From an uncultured delta proteobacterium (GTDB lineage Bacteria; Myxococcota; UBA727; VGSZ01), in NCBI GenBank assembly GCA_963775425.1, contig CAVZJB010000011.1, positions 1,056,001 to 1,120,000 on the forward strand: a stretch of 64,000 nucleotides of DNA, read 5' to 3'. Position numbers and translations under genes: made by a program. This document shows, in pieces, positions 51,858 to 61,400 of this stretch. Below the pieces are notes generated by a model, which saw only the letters and a program-made list of their open reading frames with translations, was not told the DNA's origin and searched no databases. The number at the start of each line of letters is the position of its first letter. The first letter of the stretch is position 1.

Positions 51858-52799
51858 CTATTGGCCGGGCCTGAAGACGAACGGAAAACTGACGACCACG
51901 ATGCTGCCGTGTTCGCCGCGGAGCAACTCGCCGCCGGGGAGAGCAGCGTCCTTCGGCTTCGGAAACACCCACGTTTTGATCTTGTCCGCCAGACAACGCT
52001 CGATGTTGTCGTCGTGCAGCTTCGTCTCCTCGACCTGGGCCTGCGGCACCTTCCCCCCACTGCCGATGACCCACTTCATCTTCAACTTGCCCGCGACTCC
52101 CGGCACCTTCGCGAGCTCGCGCTCATAGCAGGCGCGAATCTGCCCCGCGCGTTCCTGCACGATGCGTATCACGGCCTCTTTCTCGAGCGCGCCAAGAATG
52201 ATCGGCGTCCCCATTGTCAACGTGCCCTTGTCGGGCGTTTTCGCCGTCGTCGACTTCTCGTCGTCGCGCAGTGCTGCCGATGCCTGCGTGAACAACTCCT
52301 GTGCATTCTTCAATGTCTCCGCCGACGTCCGATGGAATTCGTTTGCCGCGGGCGCCTCGTCGAACCTGTGCTGCACGACCTTGCCGTGATCGAACACGAG
52401 CGAGTCCACGCGCATGAACGCCGGGGCGCGTTCATCGGCGGGCACATCATCGCCGCCCTGGATCGTCATGAGACTCGTGTGCATCACTTCGGAGCACACA
52501 AGCTCGCCGTGGTCATAACGATAATCGACGTGCTCGCGCTCCGACTCCTGCAAGACCTGTCCGTCAATCCGAAGCATATCGCCGTTCACGTAGACGTCCG
52601 CGGCCCCGCCCTCTTCGCCACGGTCGTCGAGGGAAACGCGCGTCGACGGCGCGCTCGCCGACGACGTCATGAGCCAGATGTTCGCGCACAGCAGCTTCTG
52701 CGCAGCGGCCTTCGTCGTCTTCGGCGCGGGCGCACCCGCGCGGGCGCGGCCTGGAGTGAGCGCCAAACCGATCACAACGAGCGCGACGACCTTCCGCAT
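51858..52799 (-). CDS. Exported protein with a C-terminal AgmX/PglI-type (TonB-C-like) domain
   Basis: Signal peptide; GALEKEAVIRIV..IRACYERELAK.P...G....WVIG..GKV..IERCL..W.FPKP..FPFVF. Confidence 0.8.
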   Translation of the reverse strand: MRKVVALVVIGLALTPGRARAGAPAPKTTKAAAQKLLCANIWLMTSSASAPSTRVSLDDRGEEGGAADVYVNGDMLRIDGQVLQESEREHVDYRYDHGELVCSEVMHTSLMTIQGGDDVPADERAPAFMRVDSLVFDHGKVVQHRFDEAPAANEFHRTSAETLKNAQELFTQASAALRDDEKSTTAKTPDKGTLTMGTPIILGALEKEAVIRIVQERAGQIRACYERELAKVPGVAGKLKMKWVIGSGGKVPQAQVEETKLHDDNIERCLADKIKTWVFPKPKDAALPGGELLRGEHGSIVVVSFPFVFRPGQ

Positions 52800-52810
52800 G
52801 GGCAGCGATT

Positions 52811-53014
52811 CTACATCGCGCGACGGCGGATGACGTGATCGTCTTTGGGGATGCGCTCGCGCGGTCCGAGGCCGAGGATCTCGACTTTGCCCGAGGTGCG
52901 GAGACGTCCGATGGCCTGCCCGACGTCCGTCTTCGTGACGTGAAGGTCGGCGAGGACCCGAGGCCAGACGCCGTCGTAGGTCAGGGAACCACCTGCGATC
53001 GCGTCAAGGACCAA
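52811..53014 (-). pseudogene. C-terminal gene fragment (winged-helix-like, reminiscent of TcmP-type protein tails)
   Basis: LTYDGVWPRVLADLHVTKTDVGQAIGRLRTSGKVEI...PKDDHVI; preceded by an in-frame stop. Family assignment is from memory only. Confidence 0.3.
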
Positions 53015-53172
53015 GACGGGTGCTCATTCATGGTTGGCATCGGCGGCGCTGAGTCCGTGCTCGGGTACTTCGACCCCGACGGGGCCGCCTTCCACAGCCT
53101 CGGTGACAGCGAGGTTTCGCGCGCTTCGCGATGCCGAGCGCGAGGACGCCGGCGGGCAGCTCTTCTCTCGGT

Positions 53173-53967
53173 TCATGGTGCGAGGTCACTGGCGGCGGCC
53201 AGCGTCGACGTGGACCAATCAGCGGTTGCGCTGAATTGAGGCGCCTCGTGTTGGGGGCGCATGACCTTGTGCGCCTCCTTGTGCCCGAGGTCCCAGAGCG
53301 CGGTCGCGAGGTCCGCTTGCGTGATGAGCCTGCGCGCGTGGCCATCCCTGTCGAGCGTCACGCGGATGCTCGGATGTTCGAGCCCGATGACCTGCGCCCA
53401 TGTCTTGTATGGCTCTTCAAGCTCCGGCTCGAAGTCGTCAGGTAGCTCCTTGGCCTCGTGCTCCTCGATCCAGCCCGCGACAGGCCCGCCGCCAAACGTC
53501 CAGAGCGTCTTCGCGTCCTTCGGATCGATGAGCTCTTGTCCCTGCTCGAAGGCGGCCGCGAGGTCCTCGTCGGACTGCGCCGCGACCTTCCCTTGCCAGC
53601 AACCGCCGTCGAGGCACGCGTCGTTCGAGTCGGTGTCGCCGATCTGAAAGAGCTGCGCCTGCGCGTGTGTTCGTTTGGTGCACGAGAGGCAGGAGCCGGC
53701 CGCCGGGACAAGCTCTTCGTCGTAGAGCGACCACCGCGCGTGCATCAGCTTCCGAGAGCCGAGCAGGACGAAGTGATCGACCTCCTTGTGGTTCATACGG
53801 CGCCCTCCTCGATCAGGAGCTCGAAGCGCGACGAGATCGCCTTGAGCGCGTGGAGCTGTGCAGGCTCGTCGAGCCGCGCAAAGAGCAGCGCGGAGCGGAG
53901 CTGCAGGTTCCCGCGGCGCAGGAGGTCCTGCACGCCAGCGACCAGCTCGGTCAGCTTGAGGCGCTGG
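53173..53967 (-). pseudogene. Truncated or split ParB-like protein of phage/ICE type
   Basis: Frame 1 (about 53967-53793): QRLKLTELVAGVQDLLRRGNLQLRSALLFARL (post-HTH ParB segment, no start codon). Frame 2 from ATG 53796: LVPAAGSCLSCTKRT..QLF...CLDGGCWQGK. The N-terminal ParB domain is absent. Confidence 0.55.
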
Positions 53968-54055
53968 CATGGGAGTCGAGGGTGGGACCGTCACTCCCAC
54001 CCCCGCAGTCACGATTTCGCGCGATGCGATTTTCGTGCGGTGACGACGTCAAAAC

Positions 54056-54130
54056 TGGTGGCCCCGGCGAGATTCGAACTCGCGACAAGCACCGTGTAAG
54101 GATGCCACTCTACCGCTGAGTTACAGGGCC
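54056..54130 (-). tRNA. tRNA-Val (anticodon TAC)
   Basis: GGCCCTG acceptor stem, D-arm ACTCAGCGGTAGAGT, anticodon stem GCATC/GGTGC with loop CTTACAC, T-loop TTCGAAT, encoded CCA end. Confidence 0.95.
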
Positions 54131-54139
54131 GCGTCGACG

Positions 54140-54148
54140 AGGATACCA
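54140..54148 (-). promoter_or_regulatory. Extended -10 promoter of tRNA-Val
   Basis: TGG-TATCCT, 9 nt upstream of the tRNA 5' end. Confidence 0.5.
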
Positions 54149-54354
54149 GGGCCCGGACGCGAAGCGACCCGAAACGTCGCCGGGGCGTTCGTCGCGCCGG
54201 TGACGCGCCGAACGGTGAGCACCCCGCTCTCACGCACGCCGTCACGCGCTGACCGCTTGCCGCACACGTGGCACCCACGCGCGCCCCGTTCACGCGCACG
54301 TTCACCGCGCTGATCGCATGCGTGCGCGACGCGGGGGACACGCCCCCGCCCTCC

Positions 54355-54435
54355 GAACGCCGGCGGCAGGCATCAGCCCGCGAACGCCGCGGGCGAGCAT
54401 CAGTCCACGAACGCCGGCGGCAAGCATCAGCCCGC
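54355..54435. repeat. 27-bp tandem repeat x3, intergenic
   Basis: GAACGCCGGCGGCAGGCATCAGCCCGC / GAACGCCGCGGGCGAGCATCAGTCCAC / GAACGCCGGCGGCAAGCATCAGCCCGC. Confidence 0.8.
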
Positions 54436-54713
54436 AAATCGCCGGCCGCACACCTTGGCCGTGCGAGTGCCGGCGGCAAGCCCGCCGTGGATCACCGGGG
54501 CCCTTGGATCACCGGCAGCACGCCGCACCAGCGCCGCGACGGCGCACGAGGACTGACACTGCTGCGCGCCGACGTGGCGCGCGAGGACGCCAACGTGGCC
54601 CCACGACTTCCCGGCGACGCGTCGTCCCTGAAACGACGAGCGATCCTGCGGCGTGCCGCCCCGTCGACGCAGTTGCGGACGCGGCGGGGGTTCTGTTGCT
54701 ACAACCGCGCCCC

Positions 54714-57700
54714 GTGGGCTCGAACCAACTCCGCACTCGCGCCGTCGCGGCTCTGCTCCCCTTTCTCGTCGCCGCGGCCCCCGCGCCAGGTACCGGCGCG
54801 CGCGCCATCGACGACGAGCGCGCCGCGCGCACCAAGGAGGGCCTCGAGAGCAACGATGCCCTCCTCGCCGTCGGCGGCTACAGCCGCGCGCGGCTCCTCA
54901 CCGAGCACGTCCCCGTCCCCGGCGCCGAACAAAAGCTCGACGAGGATGTCGCCGCCCACGCCAGGAGCCCGCTCGTTCGCGCCGACGCGTCGTTCGCCCT
55001 CCTCCTGCGCGCCGCCCGCGCCGGCGACGTCGACGGCGCCCGGAAGCGCGCCGACGAGCTCGGCTTCGTCCCCGAAGTGCGCGCCGTCGGCCCGTTCAGC
55101 AACACCGGCGGCGCGTCCTTCGGGCAGACGCTGCCGGATCCGGTCACGACCCAGATCGCGCGCGTCTCCGGGGTGGAGCGCGACGTCGGCTGGCAAACCG
55201 TTCCGCTCGATCCCGACGCGAGCTTCGACCTCCTCCCGCGCATGGCCCCCACCAAGGAGACGCGCGCGCTCGTGGCCTTCGTCGTCCACGCGCGCGCCCC
55301 CACGCCGGCGGCGCTCCGCATCGGATCCAGCGGCCAGGTGCGCGCCAGCGTCAACGGCGTCGAGGTCGCGCGCGCCGACGCCGATCGCGCGCTCGGCTTC
55401 GACCAGACCGTCGCCGGCGTGCAGCTCGTCCGCGGCGACAACCTCGTCGTCCTCGAGATGGGCTTCCTCGGCGACGACGCGGGCCTGCGGCTGCGCTTCA
55501 CGCGCCCCGACGGCGCGCCCATCACGGGGCTGAAGTTCCTCGCAGATCCACGCGACATCGCACGCGCCGGCAAGACCAAGGCGAGCGCGCGCTCCGGGCC
55601 CGGCGTCGTCGACCCCGCCGCCCGCGCCGCCGCCCTCATCGGCGGCGCATCCGCGAGCACGCCGGCCAAGGACCTGCGCGCCGCCGTCGACGTCGAGAGC
55701 CACCTGCACGCCGGCGACCTGCGCCGCCGGCCCCAGGAGATCGAGCAGGGGCTCACCGAGCTCGCGGCCGCGCTCGATCACGAGAAGGCGCCCGCCGCCG
55801 ACATCGCCGCCGTCCGCGCGCGGCTCGCCAACGTGCTGCGCCCTCGCGACGTCACCAACGCGCGGCGCGAATACGAGCGCGCGCTCGACCTCGACGCCGA
55901 CTGCGTCGACGCGCTCGTCGGCCTCGCCGCCGTTCGCGTGCAGCTCGACGATATCGCCGAGGCGCGCTCGCTCCTCGTGCGCGCCCAGAAGGCGGCGCCC
56001 CAGTCGGATCTCGTCGCGCGCCGCCTGCTCGACTTCGATCGCAACGACGGTCACGGCGGGCTCGCCGTGGACCTCGCCGTCCTCGAACGCGCCAAGGCCG
56101 TGCCCACCGAAGCAAACCTCGAGCTCGCCGCCGACGTCCTCGAGGACCACGGTGATCGTGCCGGCGCGCTCGCGCTGTTGCAGGGGACGGGCGACGCCGC
56201 GCGCAAGAACCGCTTGCAGTCGGATCTGGCGTACGCGCGCCTGCCCGAAGACCGCGGCGCGCTCGAAGAGCGCCTCGCCCTGGCGCAGGCCTCGCTGCGG
56301 CAACGCCCGGGGAGCCACGCGGAGGCGGAGACAGTGGCGCTCGCCCTCGTCGGCGACGGAAAGCTCGCGGACGCGAAAGCGTTCGCGGCGGAGCGCGCTG
56401 CGGAGTTCCCCGAGCGCGCGGAGCCGCGCGCGCTCGCCGCCAAGGTCGCGCTCATCGCCGGCGACCGCGACGCCGCGCGGGCGTCGTTGCAGGCCGCGCT
56501 CGCGGTCCGGCCGCAGGACGCCGAGCTCGCTCGCACGCTGCGGGCGCTCACCGAGAACAGGGAAGAGCTCGTCGAGAAGTACGGGCTCGACCCCGCCAAA
56601 TACCGCAAGGTGCCCGTGTCCAAAGAGGGAGAGCGCCTCGGCGCCGAGGTGCTCGCCACCACCACCGCCATCCGCTTCTTCGAAAACGGGCTCGGCCGCA
56701 CGGTCACCGATCGCGTGATCCGCGTGCTCGACGCCAAGAAGGCGGCGGGGCTGCAGTCGTTCTCGTTCGGCTACTCCGAGGGACGCGAGACTCTCGAGAT
56801 CCTCGTCGCCGAGCGCATCACGAAGCGCGGGAGGCGTGAGCCCGCCATGCGTGTTATCGACAACGGTCCCGGCGGCAAGCGGAGCGGCGTCTACACCGAC
56901 GTCGCCAGCAAGACCGTGGTGCTCGGCAAGCTCGCCGACGGCGACCTCATCCACGTGCGCACGCGCAAAGAGCTCGTGGGAATGCAGAACCTCTTCGGCG
57001 ACTTCTTCGGTGATTTCGAGCCGATTCAGGGAACCGTGCCCGTGAGCAACTGGCGCCTCGTCGTGGAAGCTCCTCTGTCGCGCAAGCTCGCCTGGGGCGG
57101 AAGGAACGCACCGGCGCCCCGGATCACCGAGGAGCGCGATCGACGCGTGTACGACTTCACCGTGGCGTCGGCGCCGGCCATCGAGCCGGAGCCGGGGATG
57201 GCGCCGTTTTACGAGGTCGCCGACTTCGTATCGGTGTCGACGTACGCGTCATGGGACGCGCTCGACGCCTGGTACGAGAAGCTCATCGCCCCCCAATTCG
57301 AGCTCGACGACGACCTCAAGCGCGTCGCGGCCGACATCCGCTCGAGCTCGGAGACCGAGACCGAGAAGGTCCGCAAGGTCTACGATCACGTCGTCACCGG
57401 CACGCGATACGTCGGCATCGAGCTCGGCATCCATGGGTGGAAGCCGTATCCCGTCGCCGAGATCCACCGGCGCAAGTACGGCGACTGCAAGGACAAAGCG
57501 TCGCTCCTCGTGGCGCTGCTGCGCGCGGTGGGGGTGCCGGCCAACATCGTCCTCGTGCGCACCGCCAACCTGGGCAACATCGTGCCCGACCCGCCGTCGA
57601 TGTGGACCTTCAACCACGCCATCGCCTATGTGCCGTCGCTCCACCTCTTCCTCGACGGCACCGCCGAGATGAGCGGCTTCACCGAGACGCCGCCGCTCGA

Positions 57701-58424
57701 CCAGGGAGCGCTCGCGTTCATCGTCGGCAAGCACGGCGACAAACCCACGGGTGAGATCGTCACCATTCCGGTGAAGCCGGCGAGCGAAAACCTCAACGTC
57801 TCCGACTACGTGCTCCACCTCGGCCTCGACGGGACGCTCACGCTCAAGGGCACCGAGAAGTTCCGCGGCAGCCACAACGCCGAGCAGCGGCGGGACATGG
57901 CGGATCCAGCCACGCGCGCCGAGCTCCTGGAGAAGCACCTCGCCGACGTGATGCCGGGGGCGCACGTGCAGAAGCTCGAGGTCAGCGACCTCGGCCTCGA
58001 CCGCGAGGAGACGCAATACACCTTCGAGGCCACGCTGCCCGAGCGCGCGGTGAAGGAGAGCGACGGCTCGCTGTCCATGGCGGTCTCGCTCTACCCCCAC
58101 GACCTCTCCGGCTCGTACGCGCAGCAGTCCACCCGAAAGACCGACATCTTCCTCGATCACCCTTGGCGCACACGGAACGTGATGCGGTACGTGCTGCCGA
58201 AGGGTGCGCGCGTCGACGACCTGCCGAAGGGCGGGACGGTGAAGGGCAAGCACCTCGCGTTCACCCAGAAGATCACCCGCACCGCCGACGGCTTCATCGT
58301 CGACGAGGACACCGCCGTGCTCGACCGCCGCATCCCCGCGTCCGATTACGTCGCCTTCCGCGACGCATGCCTGAGAGCGGATGCGTTGATGAAGCGCACG
58401 CTGCGAATCGAGGTGTCCCGATGA
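54714..58424 (+). CDS. Exported TPR-DUF3857-transglutaminase-like protein (catalytic triad intact)
   Basis: Signal peptide; TPR-like repeats; TRYVGIELGIHGWKPY..YGDCKDKASLL (Cys), FNHAIAY (His), FLDGT (Asp). GTG start inferred. Confidence 0.85.
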   Translation: MGSNQLRTRAVAALLPFLVAAAPAPGTGARAIDDERAARTKEGLESNDALLAVGGYSRARLLTEHVPVPGAEQKLDEDVAAHARSPLVRADASFALLLRAARAGDVDGARKRADELGFVPEVRAVGPFSNTGGASFGQTLPDPVTTQIARVSGVERDVGWQTVPLDPDASFDLLPRMAPTKETRALVAFVVHARAPTPAALRIGSSGQVRASVNGVEVARADADRALGFDQTVAGVQLVRGDNLVVLEMGFLGDDAGLRLRFTRPDGAPITGLKFLADPRDIARAGKTKASARSGPGVVDPAARAAALIGGASASTPAKDLRAAVDVESHLHAGDLRRRPQEIEQGLTELAAALDHEKAPAADIAAVRARLANVLRPRDVTNARREYERALDLDADCVDALVGLAAVRVQLDDIAEARSLLVRAQKAAPQSDLVARRLLDFDRNDGHGGLAVDLAVLERAKAVPTEANLELAADVLEDHGDRAGALALLQGTGDAARKNRLQSDLAYARLPEDRGALEERLALAQASLRQRPGSHAEAETVALALVGDGKLADAKAFAAERAAEFPERAEPRALAAKVALIAGDRDAARASLQAALAVRPQDAELARTLRALTENREELVEKYGLDPAKYRKVPVSKEGERLGAEVLATTTAIRFFENGLGRTVTDRVIRVLDAKKAAGLQSFSFGYSEGRETLEILVAERITKRGRREPAMRVIDNGPGGKRSGVYTDVASKTVVLGKLADGDLIHVRTRKELVGMQNLFGDFFGDFEPIQGTVPVSNWRLVVEAPLSRKLAWGGRNAPAPRITEERDRRVYDFTVASAPAIEPEPGMAPFYEVADFVSVSTYASWDALDAWYEKLIAPQFELDDDLKRVAADIRSSSETETEKVRKVYDHVVTGTRYVGIELGIHGWKPYPVAEIHRRKYGDCKDKASLLVALLRAVGVPANIVLVRTANLGNIVPDPPSMWTFNHAIAYVPSLHLFLDGTAEMSGFTETPPLDQGALAFIVGKHGDKPTGEIVTIPVKPASENLNVSDYVLHLGLDGTLTLKGTEKFRGSHNAEQRRDMADPATRAELLEKHLADVMPGAHVQKLEVSDLGLDREETQYTFEATLPERAVKESDGSLSMAVSLYPHDLSGSYAQQSTRKTDIFLDHPWRTRNVMRYVLPKGARVDDLPKGGTVKGKHLAFTQKITRTADGFIVDEDTAVLDRRIPASDYVAFRDACLRADALMKRTLRIEVSR

Positions 58425-61400
58425 CGCCTCTTCATGGTGCTCCCCTTGCTGGTGCGCGACGCGCGCGCGCGCCACGTCGCCTTGTCCGTGCCGCGGCCGT
58501 GGGGCTCGCGTTCGTGCTCGTCGGCGGCGCGTGCTTCGGCGAGCGCCGGGGGCTGTCGCGCGACGGCTTGTTGAAGGCGCTCGAGGACACGGCGTCGCAG
58601 CCCGCGTTGCCCACCGTCGACGAGCTCGTGTCCTTGCGCGTGCCGGAGCCGCCGCCGAAGCCGCAGGAGGTCGACGCGCAGCAACCCGCGTCCCCGGCCG
58701 CGCGCGCGCGCCTCGAGGCAGCGCGCGGCGACCTCGCCAAGGCGGAGGCGGCGTGGTCCGCGGGCGGCGCCGAGCTGTGGGCGCACCGCTGTCTCGTCGA
58801 GGGGGTGCTGCGCCGTTACGACAAGCTCGTCGACGCGTGCAGTCGCTTCCTCGATGCCGCGCCCGGCGACGCGCGGGCTCCCGCCGCCGTCCGCATCCTC
58901 GGCAAGGCGCGCTCCGGTTACGAGCGCGCGGGCGACATCATCGCCGAGCGCGGAGCCGGGTGGGTGGACGCGTGCGGCAACAAGAAGGGGGCCGCGTGCG
59001 CCGACCTCGCCCTCCTCGTCGCCGACGGGCGCGAGATCGTCGCGCGCCGGCAGAAGGACGCGAAGGCGCTGGAGATCGCAGCGCAGGGGAGCGGGCGCGT
59101 CCGGCACGCGGACATCGAGGGGCCGTTTCACGGCGACATGCGCGTGCTCTTCGCCCGCGATCTCACCGGCGCCCCCGTGACGCCGCACGCGCCGTTCTTC
59201 GAGCGCTTTCACGACGACGACGACGACGGCGTCTTCGATCCGTCCGTTCGCAGCGAGGACGGGCTCTACCGCATGCACTTCGCCGGCAAGGGCGGCGGCA
59301 ACGCCCACGTCTTCGTGACGAGCGGCCACGCCGTGCGCGTGCGCGTCGACGGCGTCGTCGTCGCCGAGCGCTTCGCCGACCTCCCGGCGCCGTCCGTGGT
59401 CACCGCCGAGGTGCGGCTGTCCCCGGGCACCCACCTCGTCGACGTCTCCGCCTGGTCTACGGGCCGCAGCGACCACATCGGTGTCGCGCTCCTGCGCGAC
59501 GACGGCACGCCGGCGCTCGTCGAGCTCCCGTCCGGTGCCGCCCGGCCGGCGCGCGGCGCGGGCGCGAAGCTGGTCGCCCGCGCCCCCACCGTCTCACCGT
59601 CGACGCTGGCGGGCGGCGACGCCGCCGACGTCGAAGCGCTCACTCGCCTTTTGTGGCAGGAGGTGCTCGCGCGGCCGCCGTCGTTCGGGGCCGATCCCGA
59701 CGTCGAGCGCCAGATCGCGGCGGTGCTCGTAAGCCGCTTCGGCTGGTCGCCGCTCGCGCTCGCCGTCGCGGCCGAGGCGGTGGGTGACGATCGCAGCGTC
59801 CCCGATCGCGTGGCGTCGTCGGCGGCGGCGCGGCTGTGGAGCCTGGTGCGCAAGGCCTGGCCCGACCACCCCGTCGCGCGCATCGCCGAGGCGCGCGACC
59901 TGCGCGACGAGCGGCCCGACGAAGCCCTGCGCGCGTATCGCGCGCTGGTCGCGGCGCAGCCGCGCTATCCGTTCGGCCAGCGCGAGTTGATCGACATGGC
60001 GCTCGACGACGGTCTGGTGGACGAAGCGCGCAGCTCCGCCAACGCGCTCCTCGCCGTCGACGAGTCCGCCGACAACCTCGACGCCGCCATCTCGGCATAC
60101 AAGGCCGCCGGCGACGAGGCGCGCGCCGCGGCGCTCGAGGAGAAGCGCGCGAGCCTCGACGCCTCGCTCACGTCCGCACGCGAGGCCCGCCGGCTGCTCA
60201 ACGCCGGCAACACCGACGAGGGCCTGGCGGCGCTCGAGCGAGCGGCGCACGCCGAGCGGGACAGCCCGGCGCTCGAGGAGTACGTGGGGCTCCTCGCCCT
60301 GCGCTCGCCGTCGCGGGCGCTGAAGGCCGTGGACGGCGCGCTCGCGCAATTCCCCAACGACGCGTCGCTCGTGGTCAAGAAGGCGGAGCTCCTCGAGGCG
60401 GCACAGGGGAAGGACGCGGCGCGGGCGTTCCTCGTCGGTGCGCTCCCGCGCGTGCGCGGCAGCGACCGCGCCGCGCGCTACGCCGAAGAGCTCGGCGTCC
60501 CGCCGGCGTGGCAAGCGCGGCTCGCGCTCGGCGATCGGGTCATCGCCGAGCGGCGCGCGCTCTCCAAGGAGCCCTTCCCCGGTCACCCCGCCGTGGCGCT
60601 CCTCGACGACGTCGAGCGCGTCATCTACGAAGACGACAGCTCGCTCAAGATCCGCCACCTCATCATCGAGCTGCGCACCAAGGACGTGCTCAACCGCTTC
60701 GGCGAGATCAACACCGGCGGCGGCCGCGTGATCCGGCTGCGGGTCATCAAGCCCGATGGCACCGTCGTTGAGCGCGAGCGCCACCGCGGCGTCGATGACG
60801 TATCGCTGCCGCAGCTCACACCCGGCGACATCGTCGAGCTCCTCACGGTGGAGCGGGACGGCCCCACCGGCATCGGCGGCAGCTTCGAGACGCGCGCGCT
60901 CGACGGCACGGCCACGCCCGCGCTCTCGCGGCGCTACGTGCTCTCGTTCCCCGCAGGGTGGGACAAGGAGCGCGGCCTCGACATCGTGGCGCAAAACGGT
61001 CTGGCCGCGCCGGCGCCGGAGCCCTACGTCGACGGCGAGGGCCGCAAGCGCACGCGCTACGTCTTCGCCGTCGAAGGCGCCGACGGCGCGGAGCACGAGC
61101 CGTTCTCGCCGGACGCGTCGGAGACGGCGCGCACCGCGGGCTTCTCCTGGGGCGTGGATCTCGCCTTGTGGTCGCGCTTGCGCGGCATCACCCTCGAGCA
61201 GGCCGCCGCGCCGAACGCGTGGCTCGCCGAGTGCGCGCGCCGCATCGCCGGCGGTGGCGACGACGCGCAGAAGCTCGCGCGCATCTTTGCGTTCGTCGCC
61301 CGGCGCATCGAGCCAGCGGGCTCGCCCGACGACGCCACCGCGGTGCTCGCCACCGGGCAGGGCCAGCGCACGCCGCTGTTCGTCGCGCTCCTGCGCGCCG

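Noticed and set aside
53173-54056. Intact prophage or ICE at tRNA-Val
   Set aside because: No integrase, structural or conjugation genes, and no second att copy seen by eye.
54355-54435. Possible CRISPR array
   Set aside because: The repeats are contiguous with no unique spacers, and there are no cas genes in the window.
54268-54713. N-terminal extensions of ORFs 54268 and 54318 across the repeat region
   Set aside because: Low-complexity translation; the signal peptide and a -10-like box point to a start at 54714.
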